Positions 13,366 to 26,200 of a stretch of DNA of 64,000 nucleotides are shown one piece after another; position 1 is the stretch's first letter; every line of letters begins with the position of its first letter. Source of the DNA: Catajapyx aquilonaris (lineage: Eukaryota); the NCBI GenBank assembly GCA_000934665.2, contig JYFJ02000337.1:62001-126000 (forward strand), in the 5' to 3' direction. Position numbers and translations under genes: made by a program. The notes beneath the pieces are model-generated. The model ran no database searches and was not told where the DNA came from. It saw only the letters and a program-made list of their open reading frames with translations.

Positions 13366-13670
13366 CTATAAATCGCAAAAGAACAAGTTAGCCACCACTC
13401 AAAACACCTAGAGAATCCGCATACTTACATCCTTCTTCATCGCATCCAGTATCAGATTCTTGAGCTCGTTCAGACAATTGTTGATCCGAGCCCTCCGTCT
13501 CTTCTCCATAATCGGCTTGTTGCTCTAAAAAAAAACAAGAAGACACATAAGATCCGGAAATCCCCCATCGAGAAAATCAAATCCCGTCAGATACATACCC
13601 TCCGATTGTCGCTGGCCGACTTCTTGGGCGCATTCTCCGCAGGCATGATCGCTCCCGAGTTGCTACACAT
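12601..13670 (-). CDS. h: hairy-like HES bHLH-Orange-WRPW transcriptional repressor, complement(join(12601..13365,13429..13524,13599..13670)), about 310 aa
   Basis: Spliced product reads [76 protein letters not shown]. It has the HES basic-region proline, an Orange domain ([16 protein letters not shown]), the [17 protein letters not shown] block, PLAMV (hairy PLSLV-like) and the C-terminus DDRPWRPW. Both introns are GT-AG, phase 0 (74 and 63 nt). Start is ambiguous: in-frame ATGs at 13754, 13670 and 13646. Confidence 0.93.
13429..13524 (-). CDS. h: hairy coding exon 2 (basic region and helix 1)
   Basis: 96 nt encoding [32 protein letters not shown]; acceptor (T)n-AG, donor GTAAGT; not in the ORF track. 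Confidence 0.95.
13599..13670 (-). CDS. h: hairy coding exon 1
   Basis: ATG at 13670 (or 13646, MPAE) to CGG AGG, followed by donor GTATGT at 13598. Confidence 0.8.
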
Positions 13671-13859
13671 AACCTCACAAATCCCAAGCCACACACCGCT
13701 TCCTTCGAGCACCACCTGAGGAATGAGCCTCTTCCTCCCCAAGGTTAGGGGCATGCGGTGCTTGAGGGTGGTGTAGGGGGAAGGGGGGGTAAAAGTTGTA
13801 GGTCCGGTCCGCCTGGGAGCAGCACACCAGTCGCGAGTCCGGACCGCGCCGCGAGTGTG

Positions 13860-14210
13860 ACCAGTGAGCGAGCCGGGAGTGTGGGAACCTCTTCTGATCC
13901 GCTCTCTGGCGACGTTCCAACAGACCCTCTGAGGGTGGAGGTTGTGAGGCGGGAGGGGTGGTGGGGGGTTGAAGCCCGCCGTGAGAAAACCCGAAAGCCC
14001 CCGTTTCCCAGGCCCTTCTCGGACCAATAGGAGACTCAGCCCGCTCCAACGGCATGCGCCGCCTGGATGGGGATTGGTCCGAACCGCATTCCCCGGACGT
14101 TTTATCTCCCGGCGGCCGTGACAACTGCTATCAGGCGTGCACGTGCCGCTACTTTCATCCGGGCGAGCTGGGAGTGTGGGAAAGCTTCACCTCGGCTCCT
14201 GTGGGAGTTG
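13860..14210 (-). promoter_or_regulatory. GC-rich hairy proximal promoter region
   Basis: Su(H) sites at 13880, 13980 and 14175; opposed CCAAT boxes in 14019-14028 and 14073-14082; class-B E-box GCACGTGCC at 14139-14147; transcription start not determinable. Confidence 0.6.
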
Positions 14211-17200
14211 TGGGGGGGAAAGAAAGGAGCGGGGGAGTCCTGGGGGAGTAGGAGGGAGGAGGAGGGAAGGGCATGCCTCTGGCAGCCTCTGGCCTTGCCG
14301 TGGTGCCGATAAGGGCCGGGCAGGATCGTGACTGACTGGCCGTTGTATGCGACTAGGGAGGGTGGTGGTAAGGGTGTCTTCACTGATTGCGGTAGCGCGG
14401 TTAATGAGCGGGTGGCGTATACTTATATTGCATTGGAAAAGAAATTATATGTGCTGATTAAATAAAGTTTGTTCAAATTACGATGAGCATTTTTGGCGAT
14501 TGTTTACAACCTGTTGCGCCATACAGGTGTATGAGAAGATGTACGACGAACAATCATGAACATATAGAAATGGTTTGACAAAAAAACAAACGAAAAAGGA
14601 TGCCGTGTGATTTATGTGGGATTGACCTACAAGGTCAGGGTTATTGTGGCTTGCTTAATAATGCGGAGATGCTGACGTTAGTTCGAACCTTTAAATTTGA
14701 GTACTGTAGGCATATAATATATATTGAAATATATGGTTTGAAAGTTATTCGATGTTGGACTCTAATTACTGAGACTGTTCAAACTAATAAACTGTAGCAA
14801 CAAAGACACGGCAATAAAAGCCTATATCGAATGACTGTCAAGATGGGTCCTGTAGCTGGGTCATATTAATCCTACATGAAACAAATAAAAGGTGGGTATT
14901 CTCCTTTACAGTAGACTTAGAATATGCACCGAATGTAATAATTACGAATGAGGCTGCTGCTGTAATAATAAACTAAACCAAACTAAATAAAAATGTACGC
15001 ATACAAAAGTCTGTCTATTATTGCGTCGTTTCCTTTTCTACCCACCTGTTCGAAGCTTTATTGGAAACTACAATTTCACCCACAATGCCCACATTTTTGT
15101 CACAAACCCACGTATCCGTACTGAATCATCACTTTAAGCATGCAGCATTGTCGGCACCAAATGAGTCAACACGGGTCACGGAAAGGTGATGCAATATGTG
15201 CTACATTTGTCAAAAATGCTTGAGTCACCTAAAAACGACCCGGCCTCACAAAAAAAAGTTTACACTCAACTTGTACCAATCCACGTGAACATGACTTGGA
15301 CTCCTTGGAATTCGCCTCTCAACATCGTGAATTCCGATAACCAACCCAAGATCACGCGACCGCACACCTTACATTCCTTATCAATAAGTGTGACCGACTT
15401 ATCACCGTGGGAACAGTTATCCGTGAGCTTATGCCAAGATTGCGCGACACAAAAAAAAGGGACAAACATTGCCATTTCAACCTCCCCCCAGGAAATACCA
15501 CCCTGACACAAAACCAGTCGCCAGAGACTGCCTGGCGATTGCTGGACAGCAGGGGCTATTATTTACGCTCAAATTGGCAAGGTTGTTGGTTGGCATCTTC
15601 GCCAAAAACCTCTTTTGCTCATGGCTGATCAAGAGTCCGCCCGTGCAAGAATAAAAAAACAACAACAGAACCCTGTTGTTTCAGAGGCCGGCACCTTGCA
15701 GGATTCCATCAGTACCGGTAATGGAAATAATAAAAAAAAGAAAGAAAAATCGTGAAGAGTCGCCACGCACACTTAGCAACCGCAACCCCATGCATTAATA
15801 AATAACCGAACAAGGTGCGCGGAATAATGCGCTAACTCCGTAAATCATATCATGCAGGTGGCGTGATTTGCAGTCGGTACGTGCGATATATTGTTCTAGA
15901 GCCCAGACCAATTCCTGATTAAATGTTACAACACCGCAGGGAGCTCCTTTCTTTCTTTCTTTCTTTCTTTCCAAGGCGGCCCATTCTTGTGGGCAATTGG
16001 CAGCCAGAGCGGGCGGCCAGACAGGCGACCAGGAGCCTGCCATGTCGCCCCGAGGGCCTTCCACAACCCCGAAGGAAAAAGGCAAAAAGGGGACACTCCG
16101 ATAATCATGGCTAGGGCCCCAGTGGGAAAAGAAAAGAAGAGAGAGAGAGAAAAAAAAGAGGACAGGAAGGAAGGGAGGGTTGTTCAAGAGGGGGCAAAAG
16201 CAACCCTCCCAGAGGCATGCCCCACTAACTTTGCCTCAACCCGCCTTCCCTTCCCACACTTCAAGTCAGGAAATTGTACCAAGGTGAATCCCCCAAAAAG
16301 GTAAAAAAGAAGAAAGATTTAAAAACACGTAATTAATAAAAATTAATAGCTATTTATAATAGTTTATTAATGAAATCGATCATTATCAGTAAGATTTTAT
16401 TGGTAACATTATTGTTTATTAGTTACATTTTAAAATTTAACTGTCGCTATTATTATTATTATTCGTAACATTAATAACTATTATTATAATATTACGGTCT
16501 AATATTTTATTAATTCACATTAATAAACATTTTAAATTCAATATTTTGCTTGTGGTGGTGGGCCAGGGTCATCCTGCTCAGAGCGTGAGAATGTCCAGTT
16601 CTGGTTGGTGGTTGAGCGCGATCAGACGCAAGGCAATGTGACCTCCCGACCACGGCATGGCGGATGAGGGGTCAAACCCACAGGGCGGAATGCTGACGTC
16701 AATAGCCAAAACACCCGCCACCCCGCCCATGTCTCCCTGATCTTCATCAGCACAAGCTCTGACCTGTCTATCGCGTGTTGGGGATCAGGAAACATTTCCA
16801 GTCCCCCCCTCCCCCTGTCTCTCTTTCGAAAACCTATAATCCCAGTGCGGGATCAGTCACGCTCCACTTGAGGTCCGGTCCAAAATTGGTCTGGTGACAG
16901 TTGCAGGTGCAGGTTACCGCCCACGCCCCTCGAGGCATGCGCTAATTTCAAATTGAAGTGGGCTACCACACCTTCTATTCGATATGTTTTTTTGTGTGTT
17001 TCCACCGTGGGAACCGTACAATGTAAATTACTTGAAAATATGCAATCATACAACGCAAATGGGGCTTAGCGAGTCCCAAACATAATTGGCTGTGCGTGAC
17101 TTTGTCCTTACCCGTATATATTGTGGCCAACAAAATGACAACTTCTCAAAAATGAAGTGCAAAGTTGATATTCGAGTATATAAATTCCTCGGGCTCCGGC

Positions 17201-20200
17201 AGCATCTGCAATTCGCTGCACCTGTTTGCAGGTACGTCTCATTAAAGCCTAAAACGCCGCAATTACGTCCCTTTAACGCGGTCCAAAATCACGTGTCCGA
17301 TTTTCTCACTTGCGTGCGTAACCGTGTTTCTCTCATCATCATATAGGAAGGTCCCCAAGGGCGATAACGGAGGCGTCAATTCAGAAGCAACAGAAGAAAA
17401 ATATACCGTTTTCGACGGTGGTTTTTGGCAGCTACCAGCAGCCCACATTCTTGTGGATGTTTCCCACACTTGTTGCTCCGGGGGCCTGATGAGCCCCCCC
17501 CCCCTCCCCCCCCTCCTCCCCTTTCCTTTTTGCTTCAAATTGCAAACGCGTGAGTTGAGCGAGGGTTCGACCTTGTTCCTGCCCTAAAGAGGACATGAAC
17601 GATTTGGTCACGAGCCGCCGCCGTCCTCCCATCACTACACCGCCATCCGGTACGACATCCTGAATCACCGTGACAAAAATTTAGGATCATCTAGGTCAGC
17701 GGTTATGAGAGGGCAAAAACCTCCAGGTTGACCCAGCAGGTGTGTTGCTAAAGGGGTGGGCAACTGGGCCATCTAGAGGCCAACACTCATACGGCACACA
17801 CATGACCAGGTGGACCCAGGCTGTGCAAGTTCAGGGACTTTAGGACCGTTTGTGTATGCAAGTCACTGGGACGATGGACCCCCGCCTTCACACGGGCGCA
17901 GGTGCAACGGCCTGGGATTTATTCCGGCTGACTACAAAAGGAGATGAAATGTAGGGTTTCTTTAAAAAGAAGCGGCGTGGTTGTTACATAAAAGGTGGAC
18001 TATCATTCTTGTTCAGCGTCCGATTCGTGTTGCCCACGCCTATGCTCTAAATTTGGTACCGCTTATCACAAAGCGCAACATGTGTGAATGTACCATGCGA
18101 CACATGCCAGGTGTTTTATGAATATTCCGGAAACTGGTGACATATTTTTCTGAAACTGTTTACGAACGACAGAAATTTCCAGAGTCGACACTATCTGCTG
18201 GCCTTTCACCATCTATCTCCTTACAGGAACTTCTCAGTGGTGGAGAAGGCCAGGGGCATCAGTCGGGGGTTGCACCAGATAAATCCTGGGACCGCTTGGG
18301 GACACGACCTCACCACTTTTCCCCGAGACATATCGCGACCATGATCCTGCACTCACGCCCCACGCCCCCGTTTTTTACTTTTTTCCTTATTTTTTTTTCC
18401 TCGTCTTAACTCCTAGAACCTGATAAGAGTTGTGTCCAGCAGTCTGGCAGGCACAGAGCATACTTGTTTTTTTCTGGTTTCTTATTAACTATACTGTCTA
18501 TATTGTATAATTCTGTAAATAGATGTGCAAGTAGTGTCCATGAACATCATGCTGACCTTCAGTTTTTTCACATTCGAAACACATGTCACGTACACACACG
18601 CAGGCATTGGTCGTATCATTCGTATAGCCCAAAACACTAAAAATACTTCAGTCACGTTCTATTACACGGTCAGATCTTGCCACCAAAATTTCCCCACAAA
18701 ATGTTGATAAAGAAAAACCGTAAGGTCTGAAAATGGGAAAATTCCTGGCCCCTTGTTTATACCCCCCCAGGTGGGCCTCCAGAAAGAAACGGTTCGAACA
18801 GCAATGAATTCATTCCCCCTGCTGCCCTGTTCCATCCACCGTGTGTGGGCGCCAATGGTCAGGCCACCGGCACCATTTGCAATTTGATGAGATCTCCCCG
18901 GGAGCCTAGAATTATATTGCAATTACCAACACAAGGGGGCTCCGAATCAGGGGGGGCAGAGCCCTGGTCAAGCCATAACGGGAACCTGCCAGAGGAGTAC
19001 AACTCGTCATCAAACGGACCCAAAATTAGTTGTAACGCCATCCACATCAAGGATATCTATAATCATGGGCCATTAAATGTCAAGGACCTCTCTGTAACAA
19101 TAAGTTGAAACTTTTATGAGGCAGCTCACTCTACCAGTTATTAATGCACTAACATTGTAAATTCCACTTCAAAATATGGATGATTTTTCCATCGCATCTG
19201 AACCAGGGCATGCCAACTAGAGCGTGGGCGCCGCCATTTTTGGTCCAGATGCCCTGGAATTCTTAACGTGAGAAACACCGCCTCTCACGCTGTAACTCAA
19301 TCTATCGTCCTGATCACGCCTCAATCAACCACATCCTTCTTCTTCTTCTTTTTTTTCTTAAATATATTTCCACGAACGGGTCAAACGAGCCTACTACTGG
19401 CCCCTGCCTCTTCGTGCCTCCTTTTTCTCCCTCCCCATCAAAAACTCCTGTTGAGAAATCCACGGCCGCTTCCCATGCAAGTTTTAAAGGGTGGGTTTGG
19501 GTGTGGGGGTCCGACGGGGGTCCGGTCACGACTCCGGTGCGGGTAGCCGGGAATGAACACCTGCGAATGCGGGAGCACGAAGCTTCATCCTCGTGCAAAA
19601 CAAGGTGGGTCGTCGATGCAAAACAGGTGCGACCGCCCCTTTTGGGGAGCCTCCAAGCTAAGAAGAGGGCCCTCAACAACAAGGAGCTACCCAAAAAAAA
19701 ATTGCGGTGGTTTCGACGAAAAAAAAAAAAAGTCCAGGTTTTTGCTCTAGTTTAAATGTTTGGCGTTACGCAGTCAATCTTATTGCAATGTAATTACAAG
19801 GTTCGGTGAGTTCGGGGTGATGGATTAATTGTGGGGTACGTAACGAGAGGCCACTTAATAAATTTGGATGGGGAAAAAAATTGATCGGCCTTTTGTTGTT
19901 GATCGATTGCGACACTTGGACTTATTGTCGCTTGATTCAGGGGGCGGATAAGGGAATTAATCATGGGCTTTAATCTCGGATGAAATATGAAATGCAAATT
20001 AAGAAGGGGGACAAAAAATGAGTGACCCTGTGCCCTATGTCCGCACGTGCCAGAGGCCAAAGGCGGGTGTATGAATAAATAAGTGCGGAGATGTGTGACC
20101 AATTATGCATAATTTGAGTACAAATGAAGATGTTCCTGCATTCATAGGTTACTTCACATGAAAACGTGCGTGGCCTTGCAAAGTGTGAAGAAATCAGAGA

Positions 20201-23200
20201 CAGAAAAAATTCCGCATGCATAACATTCATTGTCAAGTGATAAAAATCGCGTTATTTTTTTCATCTGCATAGCCTAAGGTCATCGAGTTTATGACCTGCA
20301 TAGCGAGGCCCCCAGCAACTGGTAGATATCCAAATAAAGCGCCTTACATGTAACATGGCATATCACAATAAAATGGTATTATACGAGCTTCTGAAACGCT
20401 ATTAATGTGTTAATATTTGTTTTAAACATTTTTTAAAGTAAAAGTGACGTCACATTCTGAATTTCGCGTCTGCCTCTTGCACGTCTGTCAGTACAGTCAC
20501 CTCAAGTTACAGCACTTTAATAGGTGCTAACTCTGACTTTGTGGCGCAGTCTGGACACGAGTTGGCAACTCCAAAACGTCCTTTCCCCAAAACCTATCCA
20601 CTCTCTTTCGAAAAGTCCAACACTGCAGCAGACTAAATCCCCTAAAGCCTCGAGTTTGGAAATAGTGCTCCTTTCACCATCCTAGAACACAATGGATGCT
20701 TCGTGACTGTCCATCCAATGGCCAGCTCCCGGAAGGATCCCACCGGAAAAATCCTCCTCGGGGGGTTGATTTGTCCGAAATCAACTTTAAGGGATGAAAA
20801 TCGTCCCAGCAGTTTGGAGGAAGAATAGAAGGACAGGATGAATGGGAAGGTTCTTGCTTTTTCCACCCTTACCATCTTTTCATTTCCTTCCCCCATCACT
20901 CCTTACGGTTATGTGGAGAGATTGAATGGAGACTGGCTGGTATAATGCGTCTTGTCATAAATGTTGGTCATTTGTCTTGCTTTTGGGATCTTTTTCGCTC
21001 TTAAAAAAAGATCCGTGTTGGAAGAGGATCTTGAACATTAACTCGTCTCGGATGCGGCGAAACGCTTTCTGGAGTCATCAAAAAAGCTGATTTTCGGATT
21101 TCCAGCCAGGTGAACTCAAACCATCAAAAAATAGGTAGAGTCTGAAGCTAATAACCACCATACACAGCAGGCATCAGCCCATGCATCAGGCGACATTATT
21201 CATACTTATGAACAGAATGCCACGTGTATGCAGAAAAGACGAAACAATTGCTGCACACTCTACGTGGAATGTTCTTGGAAAATGCTGGCAGAATAATTAA
21301 TGTTGGTGAATGATGTTCGCTATAAATAGTACAAATCAATGCGCATGACACATACATCTTGCAGATGTAGACAGGCAGTCTCTTTGTTTTTCCTTCTGAG
21401 AGTTACGCAATACGGAACACAAAGCCAGCCAAATGTCAGAACAGTTATTCCCTCGAGGAGTGAATGACTCCGCATTAACAGGCCGATAATTATAAGACTT
21501 AAAGACATGCACGACGCATTTTGGCTCGAATTTTGCCGTAGAAAGTGATGTCTTGAGTAGAACTGTCCATCATAATAATTTTACAACAATAGCAAAAACC
21601 ATAAAATCATTATGCAAATTTGAGATTTTACCACATTTTGCTGTAACAAATGCTGTTTTATGCATAGCACTGTCTATCATCGGGTCTGTAATTACATAAA
21701 ATTAGAAATACTATATGCACCAATGAGCCTGTAACAGTGTAACAAGTGATGTCTCGTGCAAAACTGTCCGTCATCCTATAATAATAACAAGTCGAACCAA
21801 CAAGTGATGCAGTAAAACCGGCCCATCATTTAAATAGTCCACTACAAACACCACATGCCCAAAATACACTCGAAGCCAAACCACCTTTACAATCCGCCCC
21901 AACCGCAAACTCCAATAACAATTAACCACTATTTTCGCATCATCTTTTTTTCCACCACCTGCCCTCCTTGCCAATCAAACCCCTACTAATTCGCCAATAA
22001 CGCATGTATCCTGCATCCATTACAAAACAGGTGCATACACCGCTTCTCTTTGTTCACTGAAAACGCTGGATCTTCCCGCATGGTGGTGCTCCAACCAAAA
22101 CCTGCCAAGCTATAAATGAAGCACCCCAAATCCTCTCCAGGGTAAGAAAACGGTCCGCGAGCCGCATACGTAAGTCCCATATTTGCATACTTCTCCCGGC
22201 GTGGGGGATATTACCAAGTCATTGGACACTAATTACAAGGAGGCTTCTTTTTTTTCCTCCTTACTCAAAGATGGCCCCTAGGAACTTCTCCGAAAGCCTC
22301 TTTCTTCCTTCTTGTACGCCTCTCATTAGGCGGTGCGGACCCACACATAAATCAGGCATCTCCGTGGACCTCCGACACAGACACCGACGTGTTCACACAC
22401 TCGACACAGACGCCTCATTAAGCCCTTGATATTGGGTTTCGATTGCCAGTTCAGCCAGTCTGGCTGTAAATTACCGGGTGGTTTTTCCACCAAAAAGGAG
22501 CTGAGAATTATTAATAATCATAACTTGGATGGTTATGACGGGGCAATAAAGGTTTAGTGGCTATTCAGGAATCACTTTTTGAAATGGCTGTGATGTGGTA
22601 GGTAGCTGGGTGTCTGCCTAAGCGGCTAATTAAAGATTTATGGGTGGAGGTGGGCTGCGGGTGGTGCCGGCAGCTCTTATAACCGCATATTTTAAAGGGT
22701 GATTTCACTTACAACAATGTGAGTTAATAGCCGACTGTCAGAATCATGAGTCCATGAGTTAAAGCGATGTGTATAGCTCCGAGTGTGCCCTGTGGCCTAT
22801 ATTGTTCGGTGCTTGTGATAATTTGTATTGTGATGGAAATCATTTTACTAAAATATTGATGGTGCAACAACACTGTAAATTTTTAAAAATTTGTTATTAA
22901 TTTGTGATTTTTTGAATGAATAGTGCCAGAAATATCAGGTAGCAGGCCCAGTAAGTTGTCTAGAAATCCAGACTAGACTCACGCCCTGGGTATAAGATGA
23001 CTCAGGGTTTATCGGTTCAATCGAGAGCGGGTGCCGGCAAGGGTAGAAAAAAAACCCTTAAAAAATTGGGTAAGGGTGCGGCTCACTGGCTCTCTGCCCC
23101 TCCCTCATTTCACCCTTGAAAGATCCTATCAGATACCCCTCAGAGAAATCTTACCCCGACATTTTTTTTAACTTCTAGAAAGCTCCAAAATTGTTGGCCT

Positions 23201-26200
23201 GAAAAAAAAATTGAGTGTTACGTAGCTATGTCCAACTCATCACTCGGTGTTTAAAAAAAAACTCGGGCGTTTGCCTAAGAAAAGGATGAGGAAAGGTTGC
23301 GGCATGGTCATTACGGACCTATCCTTTGGGGAGGTTTCGGGTAAGCAAGGGTAGTCCTTCTTCAGATTAGACCTCACTCTATTACAGAGTAGCCCAGGCG
23401 AATCTGTGGCCATCATTTTCACCGCACGGAAGACTCCAATTTTCGAAAGGCCCCGGTCGGCGCCCCTTGTCTTTAATGGACCGAAACCCAGGTATTACCT
23501 CATACAGGTAAAGGATTCAATAAGGGTTTCGCTCTCGTTCAGGACCTATACTTACACCCTTTGCATGGTGGTGTTGACTTTAACTGAGTTATTATAAAGT
23601 AACATGTAAATTGAGATAAGTCAACTGAAGAAAAGTCCGATTTTTACTAAAAATGTTGAGCTAATTTTCAGGTAAGCATCTGGTGTTCTCACAATAAATT
23701 AAATGCAATTAGCAGCTCCAAAAATACTGCTGCTATCAAAATCATCATAACTAAACCTAAAGGTTCGAAACTGACATTATACCTTGCAGTATTTTCCCCC
23801 TGGCTGTAATGGGCATGGGTTTTAGTTCGGGGTGGATGAAAGCTCGATTATTAACACAGGGGGGACTCAGGTATAGGAACCAACAAAAACAAAGGACCCA
23901 TAATTCTCATTACGCCATTTTCTCCCCCCTATCTTGCCGCTTTCCCGCTGCTTCGGGTTTGACCTCCCGAAGTACATTAAAATTTATGAGCCGGTATATT
24001 ATGTTTCATCAGTGGAAGCCAGCAAGGCCTCCTTCTCCTACTACTTGAACATCACACAAATGATGGCCCAGGGGGTACGACTTTCGGTCAGATCGACATG
24101 AGCTGATGGGGGGGGGGCAGACCACCTCTCATTAAACCAGCCTCGCAACATGCATTTTTCAACAATGCGTGTGCCATTAAACTTTACGATGCGAGGCAGC
24201 AAGGTGTACCGATTGCCTGATTTTCAAGGGTGGAAAAATCTGATGGCAAAAAAAGTGGATTTTTGCACACCTTGACACACTTTGAAACATTCCTTAGGGG
24301 GCTTAAAAATTTGGGAAGAGAGAAAAAAAAAGGTTTATCCTCTTCTAAGCCGAAAGGGCAATTTCGTTAGGTTCACTTACGAAGCCCTAGAATTAATTGC
24401 ACGAAAGGTATAACAGCCATGAAAATATGGCACATGGTAAGCAAAAACCTAATATTTAGCAAAGCGGGCTCCCTATAAATACTGTGTTTACAACCGTAAG
24501 TGTCAGGGATTTAATGTAATGTATAATTCAGATTTTTTTTAACGCTCAATTTTTGCAGGTGCGTTCGCCCCCCCCCCCGGCAAAAAAGTAACACAGTGTT
24601 AAAAGTTCGGCTCACAAATATTTTGAAAACCATGTGCAAACATCTGCTAGCCAAATGGACAAGGGGGGCCATCAGTCCCATCAGTGAAAATGAGGATGGC
24701 CGTAAGTGGGACGGGTGTCTTTCCGAAACCCTCGTCTCCGGTGTCCCAAAAAGGCGCCATCAGCAGGGTCCGAGGACCTCCCACCAAAAACATTCTCTTC
24801 AAAAGTTGGAAACATGTCAAAACCCTAAGTGTAGGTTTGAATACACCCCTTCATGCCCCAGATTGTCAATATTGTCGGTTATGAAAAGAAACCTTGTGGT
24901 GCCCAAAACAAGCCAACAAACAAGGAGGGCGTTTGATTGTTGCAATTCTTCTCCGTTTGGTTGCCATCAATTTTTGGTGACATGTTTGTCCCTCGCTCCC
25001 GGATGGACCTTGCTCTTTAAGAGACGGAGAGGGGTTGTTAATGAGCATTTCTGGAACTCATCCCTATACCCATACGCCGAGCCGACACGTAATAGGGTGC
25101 ACATCCTGATCCGACATGGCCGATTAGGGTGACGAAACGTGACACGAGTGTCACTCCTGAGGAGCGGTCATCCTGGGACCGGATATCCTCTTTTGGCTTT
25201 TGGCGCTCTTTTGTGGGCTGAGGGTACAAAAGCCATGGGGTCGCCCCTTTAGAATGGTCCTGTGACCACTCGCCTCTCTACGGGGGCACAAGCGACAACT
25301 AAAAATTGTAAAGACGCTGATGGTGACCTGACCGCCCGCTGCCCGACCTTTCAGGGCACTTCCTATCGCTCTTTCCTCGCGCGACCGGTTTCTTGCTGAT
25401 GGTTGACCCCCTGTACTCTGTGGGGATATCGAGTGACCGGTGTCATCTTCGAACGGTCCAGAAATAAATCCATGAGATAAAACATGGAAGATGTCTGCTG
25501 CGTAACACTAGTACTATCGTGACGTACTTCGGAGTTGAGCTGGTCACTTAGGTCAATGTCTGTGGACTCGTGCCTGGTGTTCCATAACATATGTGTAGAA
25601 AAATGCGTGATTTTCTGCACACACATACATGTCGATAGATCGTCTGGTTACCAGCCAAAATACTATCGCTGTTTGCGCATGATGCGGATACATTTTTTTT
25701 CTTCTTCTTCTGAATCTATCCAGACTGATATATTGCTAGCTCTCCATGGCTTGTTTTGCCTTCTCCCCATGTCGTTCGGTCAGTTCCAGCTCATTATGGG
25801 CAACCCCTAAAACGCCTTTTGAGAGACACAAGAGACGTTTGGAAGGACCAATGATTACGCCAGCTCCCGCTGTTTTTACGGCCACGCTTTTGCAACAACC
25901 CCTCACTTTTTCTTTCTCAACTTTGAAGCCGAAAGTTCCCTTTTTCTATCCTATCCTGAGTTATGGTTGAAATTGGGGCGGGGAGAGGTTTTACAGCCCA
26001 GCTGCGAGCGCAAGAATGACCAGGGCCCTTCAACAATTCCGGCAGGCCTCAACAGACTGCGAATTGATCCTTCACATCATAAATCTCCGAGGGTGGTGAG
26101 CAGTCCCCGATTTTTCAGGTTACAGGGGCCTGTTGGCCTGCGAACTGGACATCGCCCTGGCCCTTAAGGATAGCCCACCCGCTGAGGTTGGACTCGGGAA

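Noticed and set aside
12482..13371. plus-strand ORFs over hairy exon 3, and minus-strand ORFs over dpn exons
   Set aside because: Antisense shadows of GC-rich coding exons
21543..21810. degenerate direct repeat of about 40 bp (AAGTGATGTCT...AACTGTCC) at about 21543 and 21743
   Set aside because: Two diverged copies with irregular spacing; an ordinary local duplication, not an array
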